In this document: piece by piece, positions 24,004 through 37,250 of the stretch | Numbering within the stretch: position 1 is the stretch's first letter | Layout: each line of letters starts with the position of its first letter | Source of the DNA: Lama guanicoe | Lineage: Eukaryota | DNA length: 56,000 nucleotides | Assembly: GCA_013239625.1 (NCBI GenBank) | Contig: MU053821.1 | Location: 86,193 to 142,192 of the forward strand | Direction: 5' to 3' | Translations under genes and position numbers: made by a program | Notes under the pieces: generated by a model | The model's database searches: none | The model's input: the letters and a program-made list of their open reading frames with translations, nothing else | Told to the model about the DNA's origin: nothing

Positions 24004-27000
24004 CACATTCACGTGCATTATTAATATATCTTCTTCCTGGATCATTTCCTATATTATTATGCAATGTCTTTTGTCTTTCAGTCTCCATTTTAAAGTCTCT
24101 TTTGTCTGATATAAGTATTGCTACCCTGTTTTTTTTTTTTTCTATTTGCATGAAATAACTTTTTCCATCTCATCACTTTCAGTCAATGTATATCCAGTGA
24201 GTCTCTTGCAGGCAGTGTATATGTAAGACTTGTTTTTATATCCATTTAGCCATTCTGTGTCTTTTGATTGGAGCATTAGCCCACTTACATTTAAAGTAAT
24301 TATTGTTATCTATATTCTTATTGTCACTTTTAAACTGTTTTGGCTTTTGTGTGTAGCTCTTTTTTATTTCTTTCTTCTTTAATTTTGTTTTCTTCTCTTG
24401 TTATTTGATTAATATTTTTAGTATTATGTTTGGATTCCTTTCTCTTTTTTGTGTGTGTATCTATAATAGAATTTTGATTTGTTGTAACCATGAAGTTTAC
24501 ATATAGCAATCTGTACATGATTGTTTTAAGTTGCTGATTGTTAAATTTCAAACACATTTTAACAATAATGCACTTAGACTGATCTCCTTCATGATTAGTT
24601 TTTTTGACATATTTTACATCTGATTATTCTATGTATCTCTTAACTTCTTCTTGTGGACATAGATGACTTTATCACTTGTTCTTTAATCTTCCAACTAGCT
24701 TTGTGTATGAATGGTTCCTAACTTTACTGTATATTTGCCTATTCTGATAACCTTTTTCCTCTCATAATTTTCAGGTTTCTGGTTGTGGTTTGTTCTATTT
24801 TGCTTAGAGAAGTTCCTTCAACATTTCTTGTAAAGCTAGTTTTGTGATGCTGATTTTTTTTTTTTTTTAGGTTTTGCTTGTCTGTAAGACATTTGAACTC
24901 TCCATAAAATCTGAATAAGAGTGTTGCCAAGTAGAATATTTTTGGCTATACTTTTTCTGTCTTTCATCCCTTTAAATATATCATTCCACTACCTTTTGAC
25001 CTGCAGAGTTTCTGCTGAAAATTCAGCTAATATCTATGTGAGAATTCGCTTATATAGAACTTGTTGCTTTTCCCTTGCTGCTTTTTAATATTTTCTCTTT
25101 ATATTTAGTCTTTTTCATTTTGATTACAATGTATCTTGGTGTATTTCACTCTTAGTTAATCCTCTTTGGGCTTTCTGAATTACATGGGCTTGGGTGACTA
25201 TCCTTTCCAAGCTTAGAGTTTTGGGTTATTTTGTTTTGCTTTGTTTTGTTTTGTTTTTGGCTATTATATCTTCTCTTGCCTCCTTTTGCAACTTCCAATA
25301 ATGCAAATATTTATACACTTGATGTTGTCCCAGAGGTCTCTTAAACTGTCCTCATTTCTTTTTATTTCTTTTTCTTTTTATGCAGTGGTATTGATTTCTG
25401 CTACTCTGCCTTTCCACTTGTGATATAGTCTTCTGTATCATTTATTCTATTATTGACCTCCTTAATGTATTTTTAATTTGTTATTGTATTCTTCATTTAT
25501 GTTTACAATTCTTTACATTTTTTGACTCTTTATTAAAAACTTCTAACTTCTTGCTCTGTGCATTCAGCCTTCTTCTGAGTTCTTTAATCATTTTTACAAT
25601 CATTATCCTGAACTTTTTCTCAGTTAGATTGACTCTCTCCACTTTATTTTGTTCTTCTAAGGTTTTATCTAGGTCTTTTATTTGGAACATGTTCCTCTGT
25701 CACTTAATTTTACATGCCTGGCTGATTTTATTTCTATGTATCTGATAGTTGCATTTGCTGACCTTGGAAAATTAGTCTTTTGTAGAAGACCTCCTTGTAT
25801 CCCAGCAGCACTCTCTCCTCTAGTCACCATCACTATATGTTCTAGGGATTCCTCCTATATTAGCTGCTCGAGTCCATCTGTTCTGGCTGTTGACTGTGTA
25901 AGTAATTAGGTAGGCTTGGTGGGCCCTGATCAGGTTGATTTCTTAGGCTGTGCCTTGTGCAGAGACTTCTGGCTGCTGGCTGGTTGCCCTAGTTCCCATA
26001 CCATTTGATATTTTGTGTGCATCCTTTATGAATAGAGTCTCCATTTTCCACGACCCTCTGGCTCTCCTGAAAATAAGCCTCATTGACCACCAAAATCAAA
26101 TGTTCTAGAGGCTTGTCTTCTCAGTGCAGAACCTCTGGGCTGAGTAATCCAAAGTGGGGCTCAAACACCTTACTTCCTGGGGAGAACCTCTACAATTGTT
26201 GTTATCCTCCAGTTTGTGGGTTGTCCACCTGAACCATGGATGTTGACTAATCAAGGGATATGGATCTTGACTAATCAAGACTGTGCTCCTCCTACTCATC
26301 TTACTGCATTTTCTTCTTTATATCATTAGTTGTAAAGCTATTTCTGGTAGGTTCTGATCTTTTTCATTAGCAACATCTCTGTAAATACAACTGTGCCTAT
26401 GAATGGAAGTGAGGCCAGCATCTTTCTAGTCTACCATCTTGGAGAATCTCTTCCTTGTCTGCTATCTCTTGGAAACTCTTAATGAGGAATGTCTAATATC
26501 TAGGAATGTACCAGACAGAAATTTTAAAAATCTTTTTCTAGAATTTCATAATTTTATGTTAAATTTCCAGAAAAGTACTTCTTATTGCTAAATTCTTACC
26601 ATTCCCCTGCCAGTTTTATAACACTGATGATCTTAATCTGACTTTTTGATAACAAGTATTACTGCTTCTTTGCTCCACCCTCCATATAACTGCATTTCCA
26701 AATGAGAAGAGTCTAAAAGCTGCCTCATGTGAGTTAGATTATTTTACTTGTTAATTATCCTAATCACCTAACAGTAAATTTTAAACTTCTTAGCCAGGAT
26801 TAGCAGCCCTTTGCACTCTAACTCTAATTTTGTCCCAAGCTAATGTTGTACAGATTAGAAGCTTCAAGAATAGTTTTTGGGAAAATGTATATATATGGGT
26901 CACGCTATCTGTAACTATCACACAGGTCTGCATTTCCTACAACATCAAAATCGGATTGGGTCTTGTTATTCATTTTTTATTCATGGAAATTAGAATAGAT

Positions 27001-28321
27001 ACTGACTTATGGTAGATGCTTCACAATGTTTATTGAGTACAGAGAAATTTATTCCCTCCTCTAAACAGAGACATTATTTTAGGTCCAAATAACCAGAAAG
27101 TGTTGTATTGTGCGCTCTCTCTCTCTCCCTCTCCCAGTGTGTGTATTTCTGTCTCATACATACATATATATATATATGATTATTAAATAAGATAATCACT
27201 TTCCCTTTATTTTTGCATATAACATATAATTATATGTAAGTATATATGTATGTTTTTATATGTATAATATATTTTATATATAAAACACATACACATATGT
27301 GCATATATATACACATATATATAATTAATTGTTATACATAATAATAAAGGGAAAATGATTATCTCAATTGATGAAAATGTCATTTAAAACACCCTTTTAT
27401 GATAAAAACATTCAACAAACTAGGGATTGAAAGATGATATGTCAACTGAATAAAGGCATACATAAAAACTCTACAGTTAATATCATTCTCAATTATGAAA
27501 GACTGAAAAACATAGATGCCCACTCTCACCACTTTTATTCAACACTGTACTGTTAGTTCTAGCTGGAGCAGACAAGAAAATAAACATTTAAATAGGAAGA
27601 AAAAGTAAAATGATCTTTTCACAGATGGCATGATTTTATATGCAGAGAACACTAAAGATTTCACACAAAAAATCTGTTAAAACTAATAAATTCATCAAAG
27701 TTGAAAAATACAAAACTCAGTTTCTATCTGTTTCTATCTATCAGTTTCTATCTGAACAATGTAAAAAGAAAATTAGAACAACAATACCATTTACAATAGC
27801 ATCAAAACGAATAAAATACTGAGAAATATATTCAACCAAGAAAGAAAAAGACTTGTACACTGAAAACTAGAAAAAACGTTTTCTAAAAAACTTAAAAAAA
27901 ATTTAAAGATGAAACCAGTAAATGGTTAAGAAGCCTTAATAGTGTTATTTCCATACCTCCAAAAGCAATCCTTATCAAAATGTCATTGATTTTTTTTGTT
28001 TTTGCAGAAGTAATACAATCTATCCTAAAATTCACACAGAATTTCAAGGAACACTGGTAAGCCAAAATAACCTAAAAAAAAGAAGAACAATGTGGAGGAC
28101 TTACACATTTCAAAAGTTACTACAAACTACAAAATTAAAATTATGTTACTGCCATAAAGATAGATATATGGACCAATGAAATACATAAAGAACTGAGAAA
28201 TTAATCCATGTACATGTGATAAAATGATTTTTGACAAAGGGCTAAGATCATTCAATGGAAAAGGATAGTTCTTCTAACAAAACTTGCTGGGAAAACTGGA
28301 TATCCGCATTTAAAAAAAATT

Positions 28322-31300
28322 GAGGAGGAGGCCAAGATGGCAGAAGAGAAGGACGCTTGTAGCTCACCTTCTTCCACAAATACACCAAGAGTCACATCCA
28401 CAGACCCACTCAGGCAACCAGAACACCTGTGTAACTCCAACAGAACATCATCCTCTTCAAAAAATAGAGACACCAAAAATCTGGTAAGAGAAAAAGAAAA
28501 AGAAAGAAAGGCAAAACAGTGCAGGATGGGCCCCACAGGGAGGGAGCGGCAAAGGAGGACTAATGTTTGTTCACTGAACCCCCCCTCCAACTGAGAGGCC
28601 AGTGGGACAGAGTGGGAGCCTCCGAGGATCAGATCTGTACAGAGCAGCCCTTGACCAACAGAACTAAGTTAAATGGGCACAGAGGCTCTCTGTGACACCC
28701 TGCCCAAGACATAAGCCAGGCTGCCCAAGCCAGGTGGAGGACAGGGATGACTTCACAAAGGCAGGGGACTGCAGGGGGCTGTGCACCATGGTTGTGGGTG
28801 CACAGGGCAGAACAACATGGGCCCTCCACAAAACAACATGGCTGATGGGCCATAGTGGGAAGGGGGAATACACCCATCTCTGAAAACCTGAGGAAAGTGT
28901 TTGGGTGAAGAGAAGTGGTGCTCAGGCACAGCCGCCATATCCTCCATTGCTTAACACCGAAGTGGAAGCAGGGGAAAAACCTGAATGTGCACTTAAGGGC
29001 TTAGTAGCCTCAAAGGCCAGACAGAGACTTATCTACAGCCTCGGGTAGATAGGATCCTTCCATCCTGGTCCCTCAGAGAACTTGCTCCACCAAGACAAAC
29101 AAAGAGCTGGATTTTGGCCCAGAGCAGGGGTGGGGCTGTTGCTGCCTTCCCTGAGCCCGCCTGTGGAGCACTGGCCTGAGGTGGAGCATGCAGTGGCACA
29201 GAGCTGTGGAGCGACCAGTGCCAGGAGAGGGCAGGCAGCCCCCACCTTTACAGCAGGAGCACAGCCCCTGACCACAGTGCTGGGAGGAGGCATGACCCAC
29301 CTTTCTACCTGGTCAGTCTGCAACATCTCACAGCAGCATCAGGAGAGGCAGTGACATGCCCACCCACAGCAAAGGAGAGGTGCACCAGACCCAATGTTGG
29401 GAAGGGGCGCAAGCTGCTTGCCAACAGGCACTGGGAGCAGCATAGACAAGGGTGCCAATGGATGACCTCTGGAAACAGAAAGTTTTATTCCTACATAGGT
29501 GTTAGATAGATAAATAAGTAAATTCCTTAAGGACCACAGTAGATAACTGATACTGCATAAGCCACAGTGCTAGAGAGATATGAGCAAGATGAAGAAGAGA
29601 GAACATTCCCAATTAAAAGAACAAGAGAAATCCCCTGAAAGAACAATCAATGAAAGACATCGATAGCCTACTAGATCAAGATTTCAAAAAAGGAGTGATC
29701 AAAGTACTGAAGGAACTAAAAGAAATAGTATTTAGAGATATAAAATATATCAAAAATGAAATGGAAGCTATAAAGAAGAGCCAAGTAGAATTGGTACACT
29801 CATTGACTGAGATGAGAACTGACCTAAAGGCTGTGCAAAGCAGACTAGATAATGTGGAGTTAACAATAAGTGACCTGGAAGACAGGACAGCAGAAAGCAC
29901 CCAATCAGAACAGCTACAAGATAAACAAATAAAAACAAATGAAATAGAATAAGAGACCTAAGAGATAATATAAAACAAGCCAATCTCTGCATAACAGGGG
30001 ACACAGAAGGGGTCCCTACAAATAAAAGTCCAGGACCAGACAGCTTTATTGGGGAATTCTACCAAACATACAAAGAAGAACTCATAGCAGTCCTTCTCAA
30101 ACTCTTCCAAAAGATTGAAAAGGAGGGAATACTCCCAAATTCATTCTATGAAGCCATCATCATCCTGATAACAAAACCAGGCAAAGACACCACCAAAAAA
30201 GAGAATTATAGGCCAATATTACTGATGAACATAGATGCAAAAATCCTCACCAAAATATTAGCAAACAAAATCCAACAACACATACAAAAGATTATACATC
30301 ATAGCCAAGAGGGGTTTACCCCAGGGACACAAGGGTGGTTCAACATATGCAAATCAATCAATGTAATACATCACGTCAACAAGAGAAAGGACAAAAACCA
30401 CACGATCATCTCAATTGATGCAGAAAAAGCATTTGATAAAATTCAACACTCATTTATGATAAAAAAACTCTCACCAAAGTGGGTACAGAGGGAACGTATC
30501 TCAACATCATGAAAGCTGTATATGACAAACCTACAGCCAACATAGTACTCGATGGTGAAAAACTCAAAAGCTTCCCACTAAAATCTGGGACAAGATAAGG
30601 CCGCCCACTCTCACCACTCCTATTCAACATAGTCTTGGAAGTCCTAGCCACAGCAATCAGGCAAGAGAGAGAAATAAACGGGATCCAAATTGGAAAAGAA
30701 GAGGTAAAAGTGTCACCACATATTGATGACATATTACCATATCTAGAAAACCCTAAAAGATCCACACAAAAGCTACTAAAGCTAATTGAAGGATTCAGCT
30801 AGGTAGCAGGTTACAAAATTAACGTTCAAAAATCAGTTGCATTTCTTTCCACTAATGATGAATCAACACAAAAAGAAAGTAAAGGAACAATCCCCCTTAA
30901 AATAGCCCCCAAAGTAATAAATTTAACCAAAGAAGTGAAAGAATTATACATGGAAACTATAAACCATTGATGAAGGAAATTAAAGAAGACTTAAAAAAAT
31001 GGAAAGATATCCCATGCTCCTGGACTGGAAGAATCAATATTGTTAAAATGGTCACAATGCCCAAAGCAATCTACAGATTTAATGCAATCTCTATCAGATT
31101 ACCCATGACTTTTGTCACAGAAGTACAACAAACCATAATAAAACTCATATGGAACCACAAAAGACCTAGAATTGCCAAAGAATTACTGAAGAGAAAGAAG
31201 GAGGCTGGAAGAATAACTCTCCCAGACTTCAGACAATACTGTACAGCTACAGTCATCAGACATCATGGTATTGGTACAAAAACAGACAGATAGACTAATG

Positions 31301-32755
31301 GAACAGAGAGCCCAGAAAGGAACCCACAAACTTTTGGTCAATAATCTTCAACAAAAGAGGCAAGAATATACAATGGAATAAAGACAGTCTCTTCAGAAAA
31401 TGGTGTTGGGGAAACTGGACAGCAGCATGCAAATCAAGGAAGCTAGAACACTCCCTTACATCATACACAAAAGTAAACTCAAAATGAATCAAAGAATTAA
31501 ACATAAGGTAAGATACAATAAACCTCCTAGAGGAAAATAGAGGCAAAAGATTGACATACATCTCAAAAATGTTCTCCTTGAACAGTCTACTCAAGTAATA
31601 CAAACAAAAGCAAGAATAAACAAATGGGACCTAATGAAACATACAAGCTTCTTCACAGGAAAGGAAACCATAGGCAAAACAGAAAGACAACCTACAGAAT
31701 GGGAGACAATTTTTGCAAATGAAACAGACAAAGGCTTGAACTCCAGAATATATAAGCAGCTTATATGACTTAAGGAAAAGACAAACAACCCAATCCAAAT
31801 ATGGGCAGAAGACCTAAACAAGTAATTTTCTAAGGAAGAAATACAAAAGATCAATAGGCACATGAAAAAATGCTCAATATCACTAATTATCAGAGAAATG
31901 AGGTATCATCTCACACCAGTTAGAATGGCCATCATTCAAAAATTCACAAATGACAAATGCTGGAGAGGCTGTGGAGAAAAGGGAACTTTCTTACACTGCT
32001 GGTGGGAATGCAGTTTGATACAGCAACTGTGGAAAACAGTACGGAGATTCTTTGAAAGGCTAGGAATATACTTACCATATGACCCAGGAATCCCACTCCT
32101 GGGCATATACCCAGAAGGAACCCTACTTCAAAATAACACCTGTACCCCAATGTTCATAGTAGCACTATTTACAATAGCCAAGACATGGAAACAGCCTAAA
32201 TGTCCATCAACAAATGACTGGAAAACAAATGAAAAAGAAGAGGTGGTATATTTATACAAAAAAATACTACTCAGCCATAAAAACCAACAACATAACGCCA
32301 TTTGCAGCAACATGGATGTCCCTGGAGAATGTCATTCTAAGTGAAGTAAGCCAGAAAGAGAAGAAAAGTAACATATAAGATCACTCATATGTGGAATCTA
32401 AAACAAACAAACAAACAAACAAACAAACAAACAAACAAACAATCAAAGCATAAATACAAAAGAGAAGTAGACTCAATGACATAGAATACAAACTTGTGGT
32501 TGCCAACAGGGTAGAAGGTAGGAAGGGAAAGACTGGGATTTCAGAATTGTAGAATAGATAAACAAGATTATACCTTATAGCACAGGGAAATATATACAAG
32601 ATCTTATGGTAGCTCACAGAGAAAAAAATGTGACAATGAACATATATATATATGTTCATGTATAATTGAAAAACTTTGCTCTACACTGGAATTTGACACA
32701 ACATTGTAATATGATTATAAATCAATAAAAAATGTTTAAAAAAAAGAAAACAGAA
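28322..32755 (+). mobile_element. LINE-1 with an internal deletion of the 3' half of ORF1, the spacer and the endonuclease
   Basis: GGCCAAGATGGC start, ORF1 from 29580, jump at 30012/30013 into ORF2 [11 protein letters not shown] motifs MNIDAKIL and [15 protein letters not shown]-terminal CWRGC...HCWWEC, 3' UTR, polyA, TSD approximately AAAAAAAT(T)GA. Confidence 0.93.
32400..32442 (+). repeat. (AAAC)n microsatellite in the L1 3' UTR
   Basis: About 10 units. Confidence 0.9.
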
Positions 32756-33086
32756 AAAAATGAATTCTTACCTTACACCAAATTAAAAAATTAACTTGAA
32801 ATGGATCAAAGACCTAAAATTAAGAGCTAAAATTATAGAACTCTTTATGAGAAAACATCAATGATTGTCTTAGGATAAAGACTTCATAACAACGGATTTA
32901 ATAGTAATGTCTTAAATAAAACACCAAAAGCAGAGGTAATAAAAAACAAAGTAAGTAAGGTGAACTTCATCAAAATTAAACATGTTCATGCTTCAAAGGA
33001 CAATACAAACAATAAAAAGGTAGAATGGAATGAAAGAAAATATTTGCAAATTTTATATCTGATAAAGGAATAATGCCTAAAATATG

Positions 33087-33526
33087 TGTTTATAATTATC
33101 CCAAAAAAGTTGAAGACAAACTTTGAAAATTTGCTGAGGAGACAAAACCAATCTAGTCATTCATATAAGCAAAGCTTAGTTTAGCTTGTTTAGCAAGCCT
33201 AATTTGGTCTACATCACTTCTTACTTATATCACTGAGAATCACAAGCAAAGTGAATAACTAATTCCCAAAATTAATAGAAGGTAACTTTTAACCAGTTCC
33301 CTATATTTAAGAAAATTTTTATATAACCAACCACTGTTAGGAATAAACAGTCACTATCTTCTCATTATGTAAGCTGCTTTATGAGCCTGATTCCTGAGCC
33401 ACATTCCTTGTTTTGGTTTGAATATTACTTGTTCAAGAACTTCCATGTGTGTGCACAATAAACTTTTTCTAATTACTAGTTTCATTATTCATTGGTTCTA
33501 CTTCTATTATTTATGAACTTTTGAAA
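33087..33526 (+). mobile_element. Probable solo LTR inserted in the ancient L1
   Basis: About 440 bp of non-L1 sequence interrupting ORF2, TG start, AATAAA at ~33457, decayed terminus. Confidence 0.6.
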
Positions 33527-34384
33527 GATTCAACTAGGAAAAAATAATCTATTAAATAATCAACAAAAGTTTAAATATACATTTCTCCAAAGAAGTTATA
33601 CAGATGGCGAGTAAGTAAATGAAAACATACAGTTAAAGGGGAAATGCTAGTCAAAACTGCAATGAGATACTGCTTCACAATCATTAGAAGGGTTATGTTA
33701 TTATTTTTTTAAATCCCAAAAATGACGAATGTTTGTGAAGACATGGAGAAATGGAAGCCTTGTGCATTGCTGGTGACATGTAAAATGTGCAGGTAATTTG
33801 AAAAATTTGGTCTTCTAAATATTAAATATGGAATTTCCATATGACCTAGCATCCCACTTTTGGGAATACACAGAAAAGAGTTGAAACTGGGGAGTCAACA
33901 GATATTTTTATGTCCATGTTCTTAGCAATATTAGTCACAATAGCTAAAAGATTGAAATAACCCAACATGACCATTTACAGATGACTGATAACCAAAGTTT
34001 GGTTTATGAATGCAGTTGAATTATTCAGTCTTAAAAATGAAAGCACTTTGACATCAGCTATGTGTAGGTGAAATGGCAGACATTATGGTAAATGAAATAA
34101 GCCAGTCAGAAAAAGATATATATTGTGTGATTCCATATACGAGAGATACTTAGAATGGTCAAATTAATAGAGACATAGAGTTGTCAAGGGCTGGAAGAAG
34201 AAGGGGATTGGAGAGTTAGGTTTACAGGGACAGAATTTCAATTTGGGAAGACAAAAAAAAGCTCTGGATACTAATTATTGCATAACCCTATGAATATATC
34301 TGAAGCCACTGAACTGTGTACTTACAAAGGTTAAAAAAGTAAATATTATGTTAAGTATATTTTATCACAGTAAAAATAATAGAT

Positions 34385-34720
34385 GTCTAATTGAGAAGGG
34401 AAGTAGGTCAGAAAAGACTTCTCTAAGGACATAGTATTTAGTTAAATCCGGATGGTGAAATAGAATTTGGATAAATTAAGAAAAAGTAAAGATTCTTTTT
34501 TGTATGTGTAGACAACACAGTGCATCCTTGACTATAAAAAGAGGTTGGTATGTCAGTAAAAACCACCACTCCCCAAGAGCACTGAACAAAGGAACTGAGC
34601 TCAAGATAAGATTTAACAGTAGTAAATTAGAACTTATTAAGGATTTATAGTTTCTCATTTGTAATAGGAAGATGAGAAGCCATTTATAGGATCTGGCAGA
34701 AAAATTAATTTAATTAGACT
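34385..34720 (-). mobile_element. Probable L2 fragment
   Basis: AAAGACTTCTCTAAGGACATAGTATTTAGTTAAATCCGGATGG resembles the antisense L2 3' region. Confidence 0.45.
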
Positions 34721-34729
34721 TGTGTCTAT

Positions 34730-34930
34730 TGCAATGACTGGGTAGGGAATGAGTGGGCTGAGGAGGATGGCTAAAGGACATGGTGTTTCTTTTTGGATAA
34801 TGAAAATATTCCAAAACTGATGTGGTGATTAATGCACAGTTCTTTGAAGACATTATGAAACATTGACTTTATACTTAAATGAGTGAACTCTAGAGTATAT
34901 CTCAACAAAGTTTTTCAAAAAAAAAAAAAC
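34730..34930 (+). mobile_element. Old L1M 3'-end fragment
   Basis: GTTTCTTTTTGGATAATGAAAATATTCCAAAAC...TATATCTCAACAAAG followed by polyA. Confidence 0.7.
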
Positions 34931-35025
34931 CAAAAAATTTAACAAACAATAAATCACTGAAAAGAAAATAGAAATTGTCAAGCTTCCCTACATGGTACAG
35001 TTGAATACTGTTTGAACACTGTAAG

Positions 35026-35026
<1 letters not shown>

Positions 35027-35078
<52 letters not shown>

Positions 35079-35101
35079 TGTCTGTCTGTCTGTCTGTCTG
35101 T
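35027..35101 (+). repeat. Compound (TG)n(TCTG)n microsatellite
   Basis: Read directly from the sequence. Confidence 0.95.
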
Positions 35102-35136
35102 ATACCCTGATCTGTGATACAAAGTGTTGTTCCTAA

Positions 35137-35628
35137 TGTTATCAAGTGCAAATTTGTTTTGCTTGCCCCATGGCAGGCCAATAAATCCGGAGACAAGGAA
35201 CTGGGGCAAGGAATAATGACCTTATTCGGGAAGTTGGCAGATTAAGAAGATAGGGGACTATCTTCCCAAAGTCACAATTCAAGCTACTTTTTTACAAAAA
35301 AAGGGGTGGGGGTGTGGTTGTTGTTGCAGACTTCTTGGTATTGGAATCCTTTGTTATTGCAGCTATCCACGTGGGTCATGTCATGGTGTCCCTGTAAACC
35401 TCCGACAAAATAAATGTTGTTATTTGTTCTGTAACTTTTTATCTCTTTATGAATGGAAAAGTATTGTAGTCAGAGCCTTGAGAATGGGCTGTCCTATATA
35501 TTTCAGGCTTCAGGCAACATTCTTTTACAAAAGGTGCAGAACCAGCATGACTCAGCACAGGAAACAGAGCACAGGATTAGAGCCAAAGAAGCAAAAAAAC
35601 AGAGTTAGATTTGTTCTTTCCTATTACA
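35137..35628 (-). mobile_element. Solo LTR of the provirus B LTR family
   Basis: Reverse complement starts TGTAATAGGAAAGAACAAATCTAACTC (compare 4863). TG...CA termini, TSD CTAA/CTAG (one mismatch). Confidence 0.9.
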
Positions 35629-36203
35629 CTAGTTTGAGTCAGATTCACACTTGTCAATACTTTCATTTCTCTATCTCTTTCCTCCTCATGTTCTCATTTT
35701 CTTCCTTTCCTCTCTAGCTTGGATCCTTACTCAATCATTCAAGTTGAATAAAATCCTCCCCTGCTAATGTCCTACTAAAGTTATTCTCTAAACTGCAGTC
35801 TTGGATCTGCTCCAACAGCCTATGTTTTTTATTTCTTCATTTAGGTTCCCAAGTTCTAACAGATAAAATGACATGATACTTTTCCATACTGTCATCACAA
35901 AACTTGTCACTTGTTCCTGACCAGTTCCCTATTACATGTGCAACTTTACACATGATCTACAATTTCCCTCAGGTTCACTTTTCTGGTCTGTAGAGTTGGA
36001 AGAGGGAAGGTTTAACACACATGCTGTCTGAGAGGATTGAAAGAAATATGTAATCCTTTATATTATAAGGGCTTATTAGATAGTCACTTTTATTATAGCT
36101 ACAGCCTCTTAGTTCTCAGAAATTTACACATTGTTTTCTCCCCCCCCTGACTTCTTGGTAGCTTTGACAATGTTGACCTATTCTCTGACTCCCTCTTTTC
36201 TCT

Positions 36204-36631
36204 TGTTATGAAAAAGACAGGCCAGCCAAGAAACAAGCACCACACAGAGGGTTGGAGTACTCAGATTTATTACGCAGGCGGGCTCAGAGGGGCTTCTGCT
36301 CTGAAGCTCTGAGCACCTCCAAGACGTGTGCATGAGGTTTTATAGGGCTAATTACAAACTTGGGTATTTGGCCAATAGGCATGGAACAGCTTTAGCAACA
36401 TCATTATCACAAAAGTAGAGGCAGGGAGGCAGGAAACCAACATTTCAAGGCCAGATATGTCTCTTTGAAAATCCAGCTGGCTAGCAAAAACATGAACAGG
36501 GAATCAGCAAACCAACAATAATTAACTCAGATTTACAAGTTAGCCCAGCAGAACTCAGATCAGTAATCCGACACTTGTTACACTTAGATTTGTGAGTAAG
36601 CTTGTTAGCCCAGCTGGGCTTTTCCTTCACA
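36204..36631 (-). repeat. 3' LTR of provirus C
   Basis: TG...CA termini, AATAAA intact at 36266-36271 (minus), TATAAAA at ~36338-36344 (minus). Confidence 0.96.
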
Positions 36632-36639
36632 TTTTCCCC

Positions 36640-37250
36640 TCTTGATGCTTTCACAACCCTTGTTGGAGTAAGCATCATCATTTACCTTTTGCAGGGGCTC
36701 ATAATTGGAGGCTAACATCTGAAGTTTTATAGCCTCTATCTGCTCACTGACAAGCGGGTCAGGAAGTTTAGGACACAGGGCCCAAACAGCAGAACTGCAA
36801 AAATCAGGAGTAAGGGAACTATGAACGGTGTCAGCCAGGAGGCCCAGCCCCAGGGGCCTGTCCATGGGCTCTTATCTAAAATACGTTTTCTTTTTTTCAC
36901 TCGGTCTTGTAACTCTTGAACCATTTCTCTGACAATTCCTGATTGATTGGCATAAAAAACAACACTCTTCGTTTAGAAAGAGGCATAGTCCCCCCTCTTT
37001 GGCTGTAAGTAAGTCCAGATCCCTCCTGTTTTGTAAGACCACCTCGGCGAGAGAGTCAATCTGATTTTGCAGAGTTCCCAGGGTTTCTGCTATTTGTTGG
37101 AGATTGTGGCTGAATTCACCTGTAAGCTGCTAATAGTAATGAGAGGAAGAGGTGATGCCCCGATTCCTGTGCCTACTCCTGCTGCCACTCCGAGCCCCAC
37201 TAGCAAGGGGATCAATTTTATAGCTCGTTTTATTCTCCATGGATGCTGGT
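36640..37250 (-). pseudogene. env: env TM subunit of provirus C (frameshifted)
   Basis: Furin site RIKR, fusion peptide LIPLLVGLGVAAGVGTGIG, ISD LQNRRDLDLLTAKEGGLCLFLNEECC and membrane anchor FIVPLLLIFAVLLFGPCVLN are spread over different frames. Confidence 0.92.

Larger units (their letters stand above)
20275..26450 (-). mobile_element. Old, near full-length degraded LINE-1
   Basis: 3' UTR at ~20280-20700; ORF2 remnants (RLKAFPLRSGKCQGYPL, VAILISDKRDFK); ORF1 remnants (~24700-25690); 5' end CCAAGATGGTAG at ~26431-26442. Confidence 0.9.
27346..34380 (+). mobile_element. Ancient 5'-truncated L1 (L1MB-like), interrupted by a younger L1 and a solo LTR
   Basis: ORF2 remnants (IPFTIASKRIKY). Sequence resumes colinearly after 32760 and 33527. 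L1MB-type 3' end GCCACTGAACTGTGTACTT...TATTTTATCAC. Confidence 0.85.

Noticed and set aside
34978..35209. HTHT, CVCV, poly-F and poly-K ORFs (also 20541, 22058, 22232, 23830-24158)
   Set aside because: Translations of microsatellites and homopolymers.
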